DNA from: Minisyncoccota bacterium
GTDB taxonomy: Bacteria > Patescibacteriota > Minisyncoccia > Phycocordibacterales > UBA6065
Length of the DNA: 64,000 nucleotides
Assembly (NCBI GenBank): GCA_041661645.1
Contig: JBAZUA010000001.1
Span: 125,074-189,073, forward strand
Direction of reading: 5' to 3'
The stretch's first letter is position 1; every line of letters starts with the position of its first letter. This document shows positions 43,898 through 53,095 of this stretch, piece by piece. Made by a program: the position numbers and the translations under genes. Under the pieces are notes generated by a model. That model searched no databases, was not told where the DNA came from, and saw only the letters and a list, made by a program, of their open reading frames with translations.

Positions 43898-45079
43898 ATG
43901 AAATACGATACCAACGTCACCAGCACCGCCATAGGCGGAAACATGCGGGTTGTGCTCAACAACGGCAGCGATGCCCTTGCGAGCGCGACCCTTCCCGTCA
44001 GATGGTTTCTCAGCGAGTCGATACTCGCGACGAAAAACAAACACCTGCTCATCATCACCCAAACCAAGGAACAGTTCGACAGCGACGACTATGCGAGGCT
44101 CGGGGAACGAAAGATAGTGAAAATCTCCGACCAGGCGACCTTCATCCAGTTCTTCTCCCCGGGGAAGCACGTGATGACGATCATCCCCTTATACCTGCAG
44201 GATCCCAAGGCCGCCAAGGCCTGGATGAGGAAGGAGGACGGCCTCTACGAAGACTACTGCAGCTTCAAATGTGCGGAGGGAGTTGATCTCTGGATCGGCC
44301 AAGTCATCATCCCCGAAGGGTTCTTCGCCGAAAAGCCCAAGGGGGTTATCGGTCGCTGGGCATGGAACTTCACGGTTTCGGCATTTGGGCAGAAGCCCCG
44401 GGACCAGTGTGCCTATAGAGGCTCGCTTATCCTGGCACTTGCCCTCTGTGCCATAACGATGACGGCAAAACTGTTCTTCGCCGTGCTGGCCACGATCATA
44501 CTGCCAATCGGCCGTATGGTGTGGTTCTTCGCCGGATGGAGGCCCGTCGCTCCCTGGTCTGGAATCCTGGCGTTCTGGAAGCCACTCCCTTGGAACGAAA
44601 TACCGGGCGAGTGGAACATGCGCCAGGAGAAGGAATATCGGGTATGGACCTATGACAGGCCGTCGCGATTCCCCGATATGCCTCTGGCACCCTGGGAAGT
44701 TTGCGTCGCTGCAGGCATCGGATACCTTGTCCTCGACGGCATCAGGGAGATAATCAAGGGGCCACGGGCAGACATACCGACCTCGGGCCTTGTGGCGGTA
44801 ACCATTATCTGCTCGGCACTCATGGTCATCATGCTCAAGGTCTGCGTGATTGACCGAAGCAGGTGGTATAGGGAATGGGTAAACCGCAGATGGGATGTAG
44901 CGTTCGAGAAAAGGGAGGCCAAGAGAAAAGCGCCTGCCCCGGTGCCCCACACGCAATATTCGTCCGAAGTGTTCCTGTGTACGGCGCTTGATCCCGAAAG
45001 GGCAAACAAAACGCCCATCACGTTCAGGACCGTCGGTTGGATGGCCAAGAACGCGGTGTGCAAGCCGTTTGCCAGATAG
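43898..45079 (+). CDS. Hypothetical membrane protein (soluble N-domain + multi-TM C-region)
   Basis: 393-aa ORF. The overlapping minus-strand ORFs (43754..44170, 44189..45100) are Arg/Gly/Pro-rich antisense artefacts. Confidence 0.55.
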   Translation: MKYDTNVTSTAIGGNMRVVLNNGSDALASATLPVRWFLSESILATKNKHLLIITQTKEQFDSDDYARLGERKIVKISDQATFIQFFSPGKHVMTIIPLYLQDPKAAKAWMRKEDGLYEDYCSFKCAEGVDLWIGQVIIPEGFFAEKPKGVIGRWAWNFTVSAFGQKPRDQCAYRGSLILALALCAITMTAKLFFAVLATIILPIGRMVWFFAGWRPVAPWSGILAFWKPLPWNEIPGEWNMRQEKEYRVWTYDRPSRFPDMPLAPWEVCVAAGIGYLVLDGIREIIKGPRADIPTSGLVAVTIICSALMVIMLKVCVIDRSRWYREWVNRRWDVAFEKREAKRKAPAPVPHTQYSSEVFLCTALDPERANKTPITFRTVGWMAKNAVCKPFAR

Positions 45080-45098
45080 CGTGCGAATCGTCACGCAC

Positions 45099-45140
45099 AA
45101 AAAAACAAGCCCCGCGTTTCGACGCGGGGCTTTTCTTTTG
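45099..45140. terminator. Bidirectional terminator (A7-gccccgcg-tttcga-cgcggggc-TTTTCTTTT)
   Basis: Lies between convergent genes. The stem is the same as in the terminator at 8087. Confidence 0.75.
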
Positions 45141-45142
45141 CT

Positions 45143-45652
45143 TTACAGAGGCGGAACTCGGTCCTCGAGCTCTGAGACCTTTTCGGCTATACGGGACGCG
45201 ATGTATTCCCACGAAACGGCATGATCCGAGTAACTGGCCAAGGAATACGTCTCTGCCCAATTGTCATTCCCGGGATCGCCATCCCATTCGAAATAGAGGA
45301 GTCCGAAGGCGAGGTCATCAAAACAGAAGAAGTATGCGTCATCGGCATTACAGGTCCTGACGGCGGAACCAGGCACGGAAGAATCGATCCTTATGACGAA
45401 CGCAACCTCCCCTTCCTTTGGCCAGTCCACGATCTCATAATTTTCATTAATCAGCTTGCGGCTCCTGAGGGCACAAGCTGACCTTTCCATAAAACCCCCG
45501 AAGTCATCATCCCTCGTCAGCATGACGCTTATGCGGGGCGACATCTTTCTGAAGAATTCGATCCAGGCCTCGAGCCTCTGAAGATCCTCCTGCGAGACAA
45601 TCACCTGCTCTTTCGGTGATTCCGGAACGCCGACCTTGCGTGAAGTGCTCAT
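45143..45652 (-). CDS. Hypothetical protein (about 170 aa)
   Basis: ORF 45143..45706; the likely start MSTSRK is at 45652. Confidence 0.5.
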   Translation of the reverse strand: MSTSRKVGVPESPKEQVIVSQEDLQRLEAWIEFFRKMSPRISVMLTRDDDFGGFMERSACALRSRKLINENYEIVDWPKEGEVAFVIRIDSSVPGSAVRTCNADDAYFFCFDDLAFGLLYFEWDGDPGNDNWAETYSLASYSDHAVSWEYIASRIAEKVSELEDRVPPL

Positions 45653-45742
45653 GTGTATGTATTTCCTTTCTGCATGTAAGCTATCACACAAAAAGAAAAC
45701 CGCCATCCCGCGACAGTGATTTTCTGTGCTGAGAGGGCGGGA

Positions 45743-46033
45743 TCATATGTCCTCGCTCGTGATCCAGTATCCCGAGACCTCGAGAGGCTCGGGCTGATTG
45801 TTTCCATACTGAACCGTGAGCTGGCGACCGTCGGCGTCCCCCAATGCCACCATCTGAGGATGACCTTCGGGATTGATGGCCGGCTTTTGACTCAGGACGA
45901 CGAAGGGTCCCCTCTTGCCCGCCGCGCTCGTGAGCAGGCGCAGCTTGTCGGCAAAGGGATCGCCATCGGGCCTGCGGAAGAACACCGTGTCTCCGCTATC
46001 AAACGTTTCAAATACCCCTATCAAAGCAATCAC
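45743..46033 (-). CDS. Hypothetical protein (96 aa)
   Basis: Beta-rich small ORF. The overlapping plus-strand ORF is less protein-like. Confidence 0.4.
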   Translation of the reverse strand: MIALIGVFETFDSGDTVFFRRPDGDPFADKLRLLTSAAGKRGPFVVLSQKPAINPEGHPQMVALGDADGRQLTVQYGNNQPEPLEVSGYWITSEDI

Positions 46034-46133
46034 CCCCTTTCAAAGGTTTATTGGCTGAGGTTGCGACGCGTTACGAATAGAAAATATCACGAAAAATAAA
46101 CATCGTCAATATCATCCCGCGGATGAACCCGGG

Positions 46134-46820
46134 CTACTTCAGCAGAAACCTCAGCGTCGAGACGAGGCGGATCTTCTTGTACTCGGGAGAGCCCGGGTCC
46201 TTGTCCTCTATCTCAAACACGCCCTGATTTCCCCTGGTGACGCTGCCCACGGACGAGGCGGAGTTCTTGGCGAACTGCGAGGCCGTGTCGCGGGCGTTCT
46301 TGATGGCCTCGGCGAGCATCTCGGGCTTGATGCTGTTTAAATCAGAGAACTCGAAATATATTTGATTCTGGCTCAGGATGACGCCCCTCTTCACGAGCAT
46401 GAGCGTCTCGTTCGAGGTTGATTTCGCGAGGTCGACTTTTTTCGTATAGACAGAGACCTGATTGTTGGAATTGTACCTAAAGGCAGAATCCCTATATGTG
46501 TCCTGATACACGTTCACGGGCGCGACGTTGATCTCGGACTCCTCGAAGCCCTTTGCCTCGAGAAAGGTCTTTATCGCCGCGATGTTCCTCTCTATGTCGG
46601 AATAGAGCGTGTCGACGTCATTTGACTTGACCTCGAAGCTCATGGACCAGATCGCCGTATCGGACTTTATGATTCTCTCCGAGAGGCCCTTGACGTCCAC
46701 GTACGAACCCTGTTTCGAGAAGTTCTGCGCGGACACGAACGAGGCGACGGACACCAGGACTCCGAACACTATGATCGCCAGGCCGACGGGCGCGAACTTG
46801 TTGTTTTTGATGTTTTCCAT
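46134..46820 (-). CDS. SIMPL/DUF541-like periplasmic protein
   Basis: Internal start MENIKNNKFAPVGLAIIVFG at 46820. TM anchor followed by the two-part SIMPL-like domain. Confidence 0.55.
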   Translation of the reverse strand: MENIKNNKFAPVGLAIIVFGVLVSVASFVSAQNFSKQGSYVDVKGLSERIIKSDTAIWSMSFEVKSNDVDTLYSDIERNIAAIKTFLEAKGFEESEINVAPVNVYQDTYRDSAFRYNSNNQVSVYTKKVDLAKSTSNETLMLVKRGVILSQNQIYFEFSDLNSIKPEMLAEAIKNARDTASQFAKNSASSVGSVTRGNQGVFEIEDKDPGSPEYKKIRLVSTLRFLLK

Positions 46821-46849
46821 ATTTCCAAATGATATCATAGGTTGATACC

Positions 46850-47110
46850 ATGAAACCCCTGATAAAAAAGGCGATCCCCTCAGGCACGGCGCACGGCATT
46901 CCGGCCGACATGCGAAAGGCCGTCTCCTCGAGACGGGCGACGCTCGCGACATGGGAGGACATCACCCCGCTCGCCCGCAACGAATGGATATGCTGGGTCG
47001 AGTCCGCAAAGAAGTCCGAGACGCGGGAACGCAGGATACGGATAGCGTGCGAGAACCTCGCCGCCGGAAAGCGCAGGCCCTGCTGCTGGGCGGGATGCGC
47101 TCACCGCTAG
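46850..47110 (+). CDS. YdeI/OmpD-associated family protein
   Basis: ITPLARNEWICWVESAKKSETRERRIRIACENLAAGKRRPCCW is characteristic of the family. Confidence 0.6.
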   Translation: MKPLIKKAIPSGTAHGIPADMRKAVSSRRATLATWEDITPLARNEWICWVESAKKSETRERRIRIACENLAAGKRRPCCWAGCAHR

Positions 47111-47200
47111 ACCGATATTATAAATAAACTATAACCTGTTTCCAAACAAAAAACCCACCGCTGCGACAGAGGGTTTCTGTGTTGAGTGGTGGGTTGCGAC

Positions 47201-47485
47201 TTACAGCCAAGACATTACGGCGGGAGCCATAAGCAGACAGCCGATGATGAGGCCGAGGGCATATATCCACGAAGGGATAAACCCCTCGCCCCGAGCCTCC
47301 GCGGCTGCATCTGCCTGGTAGACCCTTGCGATTGCCAGATCACCCCATGTATTGGCCCTCTCGGCCTCCCTGCGAAAGGCCTCAGCCTCGTAGGCCGCCA
47401 GCCTCTTGTCTGGTTTAAATACCCACCAGACATAGAGCGTGACCAACACGAGCAAGAGTCCCGCGACAAACATTATGATGTGCAT
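47201..47485 (-). CDS. Small 2-TM membrane protein
   Basis: Internal start MHIIMFVAGLLLVLVTLYVWWVF. Confidence 0.4.
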   Translation of the reverse strand: MHIIMFVAGLLLVLVTLYVWWVFKPDKRLAAYEAEAFRREAERANTWGDLAIARVYQADAAAEARGEGFIPSWIYALGLIIGCLLMAPAVMSWL

Positions 47486-47619
47486 GATTTTCTGGAGTTG
47501 AAGTTGAGTTGTGGAAGTGTTCCCTGTATATATTATAACATATCTAGTATATACAGTCAAACACAAAGTGCCCCGCCCGCCCGAAGCGCTCAAATTATAG
47601 AGGCGAAGTGTACGTAAAA

Positions 47620-47925
47620 TTATTTCTTAGGTGGTCCCCACTGCCAGCGCGGCTTTTCTCCTTTCCTGTAGGCAAGAACAAGAAGAAGAGTGGTCAGCGC
47701 AATGATTGGCAGGGCGAATGTGAGGGCGTTACTTCCTGAATCAGGATTTCCTGGCATATCTTTTTCTCTGATAAGCACAAGGATCGAAATAAGTAGGATA
47801 TAGAGGAAGACAACGAACCATCCCTGCCATTTTACCGGTACCCAGCCCCAGCCATACAGTTTGGCTTTGAACCAATATCCCTGAGGGTTATCTTTCAAGT
47901 ATTTTATATATTCCTTGATCATATC
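47620..47925 (-). CDS. Small membrane protein, hypothetical
   Basis: Internal start MIKEYIKYLKDNPQGYWFKAKLYGWGWVPV; 2-3 TM helices. Confidence 0.4.
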   Translation of the reverse strand, partial: DMIKEYIKYLKDNPQGYWFKAKLYGWGWVPVKWQGWFVVFLYILLISILVLIREKDMPGNPDSGSNALTFALPIIALTTLLLVLAYRKGEKPRWQWGPPKK

Positions 47926-47927
47926 TT

Positions 47928-48404
47928 TTAATTTAATGCCCAAACGGAGTAGTTGAGATATGCCGCGAAACTTACCCAGAGAATGTATGGCATAAGAAGC
48001 CACGTGGCTGGCCTTGATATTTTATAAAAGAGGATCATGGTCCAGAGGATGGCAAGCCACATGAGGGCGATGTTCACCAACGCCCATCCAGGGCTGTGTA
48101 GACCGAAGAAGACAATCGACCATACTGAGTTAAGGGTGAGTTGAACACCAAAAACAGAAAGGGCCCTGCGCACATCTTTGCGGTCCAATCCTTTCTTCCA
48201 TACCAGGAAGGCAGCAATGCCCATGAGTGCATAGAGCGTGGTCCAGACCGGGCCAAATATCCAGGCCGGAGGGTTGAGGGTAGGCTTGGTGAGCGTTGAG
48301 TACCAGGTCGGGATTGCAGAAAACGTAAAGAACGAGCCGATGACGCCGGCGAGTTCGGAGACCGCGATCGCGCTGATACATTTGAAAAAGGAGTTGAGAT
48401 TCAT
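47928..48404 (-). CDS. tspO: TspO/MBR family tryptophan-rich sensory protein
   Basis: PPAWIFGPVWTTLYALMGIAAFLVW and W-rich TM helices. Confidence 0.75.
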   Translation of the reverse strand: MNLNSFFKCISAIAVSELAGVIGSFFTFSAIPTWYSTLTKPTLNPPAWIFGPVWTTLYALMGIAAFLVWKKGLDRKDVRRALSVFGVQLTLNSVWSIVFFGLHSPGWALVNIALMWLAILWTMILFYKISRPATWLLMPYILWVSFAAYLNYSVWALN

Positions 48405-48487
48405 AAGTGCATAATACCATGATAGTGTTCGCACACCTCGGCTCGAACCTCTGAAGTATCAAGCAATAAAAAGACGAAACCCCACAA

Positions 48488-48547
48488 CTAGGGATCCCTA
48501 GACAGGTTGAGGACATCGTAGCTCAAGACCTTGTAAGGGTCTTGAGC
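48488..48547. repeat. Palindromes: ctagggatccctag (48488-48501) and hairpin gctcaagacc-ttgtaag-ggtcttgagc (48521-48547)
   Basis: Read directly. They sit at the GC-content transition between the TspO region and the AT-rich islet. Confidence 0.7.
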
Positions 48548-48596
48548 TGCTTTCCAAGTGGGATTGGGAGGCAAACAGGTCGGTTTGAGACTGAGT

Positions 48597-49130
48597 CTAA
48601 AACAGACCGAAAATGAGTGGAAGAAGTAAGCTAAGACCCAGAGCATAAAAAGCATCAGCCCAAAATGCTCGAAGTAAATTTGCAAGTCCGAAAAACCAAG
48701 AAATTAACTGTGCAAGTATTACCAAGAACTTATGATGTTTCTCTCCTTTAACTACAGCGATAAAATTCTTTGTATCCACATCACTTGGAAACGCATGCAC
48801 TCCGATCGAAAAACCAATCCATAAAAGTACATAGAAAACCCAACTGACGTTAACAGCATCAAGGATGTAAATCGGAATAATTGAGGTAAACGTAATCAAC
48901 ATACAGAGAATAGAATTTACCAAGAATGGTGCTACAGAAATAAGAAAAGATTTCTTAAGACTATTTACATGTCCATGAATTACATAACCAGCTGGATTTC
49001 CTAGTCTAAAATAACAAACTTTATACACAGGAACTTTCGCAACATCTGCGAAAAATCTATGTGCAAATTCATGCACGATTACTCCAGGGAAAGTCAGTAT
49101 TGATATAACGAAACCAGGTATAAAAAACAT
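48597..49130 (-). CDS. HExxH-motif polytopic membrane protein (DUF3267-like putative zinc metalloprotease)
   Basis: VHEFAHR lies in TM1. Local GC is about 35% versus about 58% in the flanks. Confidence 0.55.
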   Translation of the reverse strand: MFFIPGFVISILTFPGVIVHEFAHRFFADVAKVPVYKVCYFRLGNPAGYVIHGHVNSLKKSFLISVAPFLVNSILCMLITFTSIIPIYILDAVNVSWVFYVLLWIGFSIGVHAFPSDVDTKNFIAVVKGEKHHKFLVILAQLISWFFGLANLLRAFWADAFYALGLSLLLPLIFGLF

Positions 49131-49141
49131 AAAATTAGATA

Positions 49142-49552
49142 TTATAGATTAGGCGTATTTTCAAAATACTGAAGGTATTTTTGAGGCATCACAGTAACCA
49201 TCTTTTCCCATTCATATTTATCGAAAGTTATATCTTTAATAAGGTATAACCCCGCATCATCGTCTTCAGGATCACCGTTTGCAAAGAAAGACATAGCCGC
49301 ATGAATATGTGCTTTCCTAGAATCCGGAGCATCCTTTAAAACTTGGCCATATAATCCAATTGACCCATTGTAATCTCCGACATTTTGAGCCATGTCTGCT
49401 TTCTTAAGATTTTTAGCTGCGCTTATATAGTGTGGGGATAAGACAATAGAATATAGTGTCACCAAAACAATCACTACAGAAAAAAGATTAATCCAAAGTG
49501 GGTACTTATGGGGTTTTAAAACTTTCTGTTCTTGTACTGAATTCTCTTCCAT
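49142..49552 (-). CDS. Hypothetical membrane-anchored protein
   Basis: 136 aa, AT-rich. Co-directional with the previous gene. Confidence 0.45.
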   Translation of the reverse strand: MEENSVQEQKVLKPHKYPLWINLFSVVIVLVTLYSIVLSPHYISAAKNLKKADMAQNVGDYNGSIGLYGQVLKDAPDSRKAHIHAAMSFFANGDPEDDDAGLYLIKDITFDKYEWEKMVTVMPQKYLQYFENTPNL

Positions 49553-49599
49553 TTTCTTAAAACTTGACGCAGACAGGTCGCTTTCACCAAATTACTCTG

Positions 49600-49671
49600 C
49601 TCCGGGGATAGGGATCGAACCTATGACCAATCGCTTAACAGGCGACTGCTCTACCGCTGAGCTACCCCGGA
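49600..49671 (-). tRNA. tRNA-Asn (anticodon GTT)
   Basis: Manual fold: acceptor TCCGGGG/CCCCGGA, D-arm GCTC-AGCGGTA-GAGC, anticodon arm GTCGC-CTGTTAA-GCGAT, T-arm ATAGG-TTCGATC-CCTAT, discriminator G. No encoded CCA. Confidence 0.9.
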
Positions 49672-49776
49672 ATGTTCCTTACCGTCACCTAACGTGCTTC
49701 GGCGCCCGCGCGCCGAACCTCGCTATAATAGCAGATTCTCGCCCACAGGCAATGCTTTGGCCATATTTGGGATATA

Positions 49777-50379
49777 ATGTGGGGAATGGCCGAAGAGACC
49801 CCCACCAACAAATCAGTCGACGCCGAGCTGGTCAGGACGTCCCTCGAGTCGCCCGAGGAATTCGGGCGCATCATCGAGAAGTACCAGGAGCCCCTGCGCC
49901 GCTACGTCCGCCGCATCGCCCGGGCGTCGCGCGACGAGACGGACATCATACTCCAGGACATATTCATCAAGACCTACGAGAACCTCAACGACTTCGACCA
50001 GGGCCTGGCCTTCTCGTCGTGGATATACCGCATCGCCCATAACGAGAGCATCGACTACCTGCGCCGAAACAAGCGCAGCGGAACGTCCCTCGACGACCCT
50101 GCATATGACGACGAGAGCCTGTCCCTGGCAGAGACCATAGCCGCCGACGAGGACATGGAGCTCGAGCTCGACAAGGGATATCTCAGGAAAAACGTCGGGC
50201 TGATCCTCGACCAGCTCGACCCGCAGTATCGCGCGGTGCTCGCCCTCAGGTTCATCGACGATCGCAGCTACGAGGAGATATCAGACATACTGCGGAAGCC
50301 ACCGGGGACGATAGCGACCCTGCTGCATCGGGCGAAAAAGGAGTTCAGGAGGATAGCCGAGGAACAGAAAAAACTATGA
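49777..50379 (+). CDS. ECF-family sigma factor (sigma-70 regions 2 and 4)
   Basis: DIFIKTYENLNDFD...FSSWIYRIAHNESIDYLRRNKR forms region 2. The C-terminal ALRFIDDRSYEEISDILRKPPGTIATLLHRAKKEF forms region 4. Confidence 0.85.
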   Translation: MWGMAEETPTNKSVDAELVRTSLESPEEFGRIIEKYQEPLRRYVRRIARASRDETDIILQDIFIKTYENLNDFDQGLAFSSWIYRIAHNESIDYLRRNKRSGTSLDDPAYDDESLSLAETIAADEDMELELDKGYLRKNVGLILDQLDPQYRAVLALRFIDDRSYEEISDILRKPPGTIATLLHRAKKEFRRIAEEQKKL

Positions 50380-51068
50380 CATTCGAACAAAAAATACTAG
50401 ACCAGATAAAGACCAAGCATCTCAAGCCCCTCTCCAAGGGATACTTCAAGACGCGCGACCTCGCCCTCTGGGGGCTCCTGGTCGTCTTCGTCGCCGCCCT
50501 CGGCGTGGGCGTGGGCATGATCATATACGGCATACGATCGACCAACCTTTCGGTGCTCGCCAAGCTCGAGCTCACCCTCTCCCAGAAAGCCCTCTTCTTC
50601 TTCCCCGTCTTCTGGATACTGGCCTGCGCCGTAATCGCCACGGTGGCCTTCATCAACCTCAGAAAGACCCGTAGGGGATATCGCGTGACCGCCCGACAGT
50701 TCATCATCATAGCGGCCCTCGTCGCCGTGGGCGTCGGATCGATAGTCTATGCCCTCAACGTCACTCAATACCTCTCAAGGGTGGCCGCCAACAGGATACC
50801 CCTCTACAAGGATGTGGTGGCGCCGAACACGAGCACCTGGCTCGACCCGAATCACGGACTGCTCTCGGGAGTCATTCGATCGAGGGATTCCGACACGTCA
50901 TTCTACGTGCGCGACTCCGAGGCCGTGCTCTGGCACGTGACCGGTGACGACATGATCATCCCCACGGGCTACATAATGCAGACCGGCGAGAGAATAAAAA
51001 TCATAGGCAAAAGGACGGGCGACGACGCCTTCACCGCCCGGGAGATTCATCCATGGTCCTCTAACTGA
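50376..51068 (+). CDS. Putative membrane-bound anti-sigma factor (co-transcribed, ATGA overlap)
   Basis: Start overlaps the stop of the ECF sigma gene. 230 aa with 3 TM helices and a C-terminal extracytoplasmic domain. Confidence 0.5.
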   Translation: MTFEQKILDQIKTKHLKPLSKGYFKTRDLALWGLLVVFVAALGVGVGMIIYGIRSTNLSVLAKLELTLSQKALFFFPVFWILACAVIATVAFINLRKTRRGYRVTARQFIIIAALVAVGVGSIVYALNVTQYLSRVAANRIPLYKDVVAPNTSTWLDPNHGLLSGVIRSRDSDTSFYVRDSEAVLWHVTGDDMIIPTGYIMQTGERIKIIGKRTGDDAFTAREIHPWSSN

Positions 51069-51693
51069 CCTTTCGGGCGCCCTCGACGGAATATTCGCCG
51101 ATCGAGAGGCGACGCAGATTGAGTATGGAGGCGCAGGTGCCAAGCCTCTTGCCCAGCTCCTCGGCCAGGCTCCTCACATAGGTGCCGCTCGACACGTCGA
51201 AGACGGCGCGGATGATGCCGTTTTCATATGATACGAATCGGGCGTCTCGCACCGTCATGTCCCGCATCGGAAGCTCCACCTTCTCGCCCTTGTATGCATA
51301 TTTGTAGAGAGGCACGCCATCGCGCTTGATGGCCGAGAACAGGGACACCGGAAGGGTCAGCTTCCCTTTCATACCCTCGACCACCGCCTGAATCTCCCCA
51401 TTCGTGAGAACCGGAACGGGAAGCTCCTGGACGATGGTCCCCGCGGCATCACCGCTGTCGGTCGCCATGCCGAGACGTATCTCGGCATCATATGTCTTGG
51501 GAAGGCCGATCAATCCCGCCAGCTTCTTTGTGCCAGCATTCACCCCGATGATGAGAAGGCCGGTTGCCAGCGGATCGAGGGTCCCCGCATGACCCATCTT
51601 CCGCACGCCAAGCTCCCTTCGCAGTATGCGAATGACGTCAAAGGACGTGATGCCCTTGGGCTTGTCTACCAAAAGTATGTCGGTGAGGTCCAT
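51061..51693 (-). CDS. truB: tRNA pseudouridine(55) synthase
   Basis: GHAGTLDPLATG catalytic motif; short (210 aa) form. Confidence 0.9.
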   Translation of the reverse strand: MDLTDILLVDKPKGITSFDVIRILRRELGVRKMGHAGTLDPLATGLLIIGVNAGTKKLAGLIGLPKTYDAEIRLGMATDSGDAAGTIVQELPVPVLTNGEIQAVVEGMKGKLTLPVSLFSAIKRDGVPLYKYAYKGEKVELPMRDMTVRDARFVSYENGIIRAVFDVSSGTYVRSLAEELGKRLGTCASILNLRRLSIGEYSVEGARKVS

Positions 51694-51710
51694 GTTGAGA
51701 CAGGCAAAGG

Positions 51711-52136
51711 TTACTTCTCTACGGTAATCGCCATATGCATGTCGAGATTCATCCGGTCATAGAGATAGACTGTTCCGGGAACGGAGAATCTGAGCGAATA
51801 GGTGTCACCCCTCCTGATCTCGTCAGACTGCAGGCGAGCATCCCCCTTGCTCTGCCTCTCTTCTGCTATGTTGTGAATGCCTTCGTCCTTGACCGTGAAG
51901 ACTATCTCGTCGCCCGTCCTCGCGACGAGCTCAGACGGCTCAAACCTATTGGAATATACTGAAACCTCGTGCGTCGAACCGCCGCCCATGAACACCGCGG
52001 CGGCATTTCCGGACGAGAGGCTGAGCTTGTTTGAGAGAGAGTATGTCCCGAAGACGGCAAGGCCAAGGACGGCCGTCACGCCCAGAGCCCTGTACCAATT
52101 CCTCTTTTCGCCGGCGATGTGTTCCGGGTCTGTCAT
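51711..52136 (-). CDS. Membrane-anchored cupredoxin-like protein lacking a Cys copper ligand
   Basis: HN...Y.LYDRMNLDMHMAITV parallels amicyanin HN...YSFYCSPHQGAGM with the Cys replaced. Confidence 0.4.
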   Translation of the reverse strand: MTDPEHIAGEKRNWYRALGVTAVLGLAVFGTYSLSNKLSLSSGNAAAVFMGGGSTHEVSVYSNRFEPSELVARTGDEIVFTVKDEGIHNIAEERQSKGDARLQSDEIRRGDTYSLRFSVPGTVYLYDRMNLDMHMAITVEK

Positions 52137-52151
52137 GTGTTTATAGGCGCA

Positions 52152-53039
52152 TTATCCCAGGCAGACCGAGTTGATGCAATACCTCATGCCGGTCTTGGTC
52201 GGGCCATCGTCAAAGACATGGCCCAGATGAGAGCCGCAGCGCGAGCAGGCGACCTCGACCCGACGCATACCATTGGTATCGTCGGGAGATTCGACGATCG
52301 ATCCGGGAAGGGCCTGATCAAAGCTTGGCCAGCCCGTGCCCGAATCGAATTTGGTCCCTGCCGAGAAAAGCGGATTGCCACAGGCCATGCATTTATATGT
52401 GCCATCAGCGGTGGCCTCGAGCTTGCCCGAGAACGGCGCCTCGGTCCCCTTCTTTCTGAGTACGGCATACTGTTTGGGCGTGAGCTTCTTCTTCCACTCC
52501 TCCTCCTTGAGCAGGTTGGCGAAAAGCTCCTGCACCTTCTGAAGCTTGGGGTTGATGATGACCTCACAATAGCCGTTCTGAGGGTTACGGGCGGCATAGT
52601 CGCGATGATAGCCCTCTGCCGGATAGAACGGAACCATAGGCAAAACCTCGGTGACGATGGGCTTTCCCAGCCTGCTCGAGGCATTGATATCGGAGATGAA
52701 CGACTCAGTCTCATTGAGGCGTTTACTATCGTTACAGAATATGACGGAACGGTATTGGGTGCCGACGTCGTTTCCCTGTCGATCCTTGGTGGTTGGGTCA
52801 TGACTGCCGAAAAAGACGGCGAGGAGGTCGATGTATTTGATGAGGGTCGGGTCATAGACGACCTCGACCACCTCGGCATGGCCCGTGTTTCCGCCCGAGA
52901 CTTCCTCGTAGGTCGGATTCTCGGTCGTACCTCCGGCATAGCCAGGCATGATGGAGACCACCCCGCGAAGCATCTTGAACACCGCCTCGGTGCACCAGAA
53001 GCAGCCGCCGCCCAGGAGCACCCTTTCGGTCTTTTCCAT
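52152..53039 (-). CDS. msrAB: Bifunctional peptide-methionine sulfoxide reductase MsrA-MsrB
   Basis: Internal start [21 protein letters not shown] (MsrA GCFWC). C-terminal MsrB with CxxC...RYCINSVCL...[12 protein letters not shown]. Confidence 0.9.
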   Translation of the reverse strand: MEKTERVLLGGGCFWCTEAVFKMLRGVVSIMPGYAGGTTENPTYEEVSGGNTGHAEVVEVVYDPTLIKYIDLLAVFFGSHDPTTKDRQGNDVGTQYRSVIFCNDSKRLNETESFISDINASSRLGKPIVTEVLPMVPFYPAEGYHRDYAARNPQNGYCEVIINPKLQKVQELFANLLKEEEWKKKLTPKQYAVLRKKGTEAPFSGKLEATADGTYKCMACGNPLFSAGTKFDSGTGWPSFDQALPGSIVESPDDTNGMRRVEVACSRCGSHLGHVFDDGPTKTGMRYCINSVCLG

Positions 53040-53095
53040 ATGTGTGTTTTGTAAAAAGTAAAAATCAGACGCCACCGACGCTCGGGCGAGCGCCC

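Noticed and set aside
43754-44170. 138-aa minus-strand ORF overlapping the start of the 393-aa membrane protein gene
   Set aside because: It has partly plausible composition. However, the plus-strand ORF is three times longer with clear TM architecture. The minus ORF would also lack space for a promoter. It is kept as an unresolved alternative only.
48446-48470. tRNA-fragment-like string gcacacctcggctcgaacc suggesting an att-site remnant
   Set aside because: It cannot be folded into a T-arm/acceptor layout (stem complementarity fails) and has no match to the tRNA-Asn 3' end.
52119-53054. 311-aa plus-strand ORF
   Set aside because: Antisense to msrAB, which carries diagnostic GCFWC and CxxC/RYCINS motifs.
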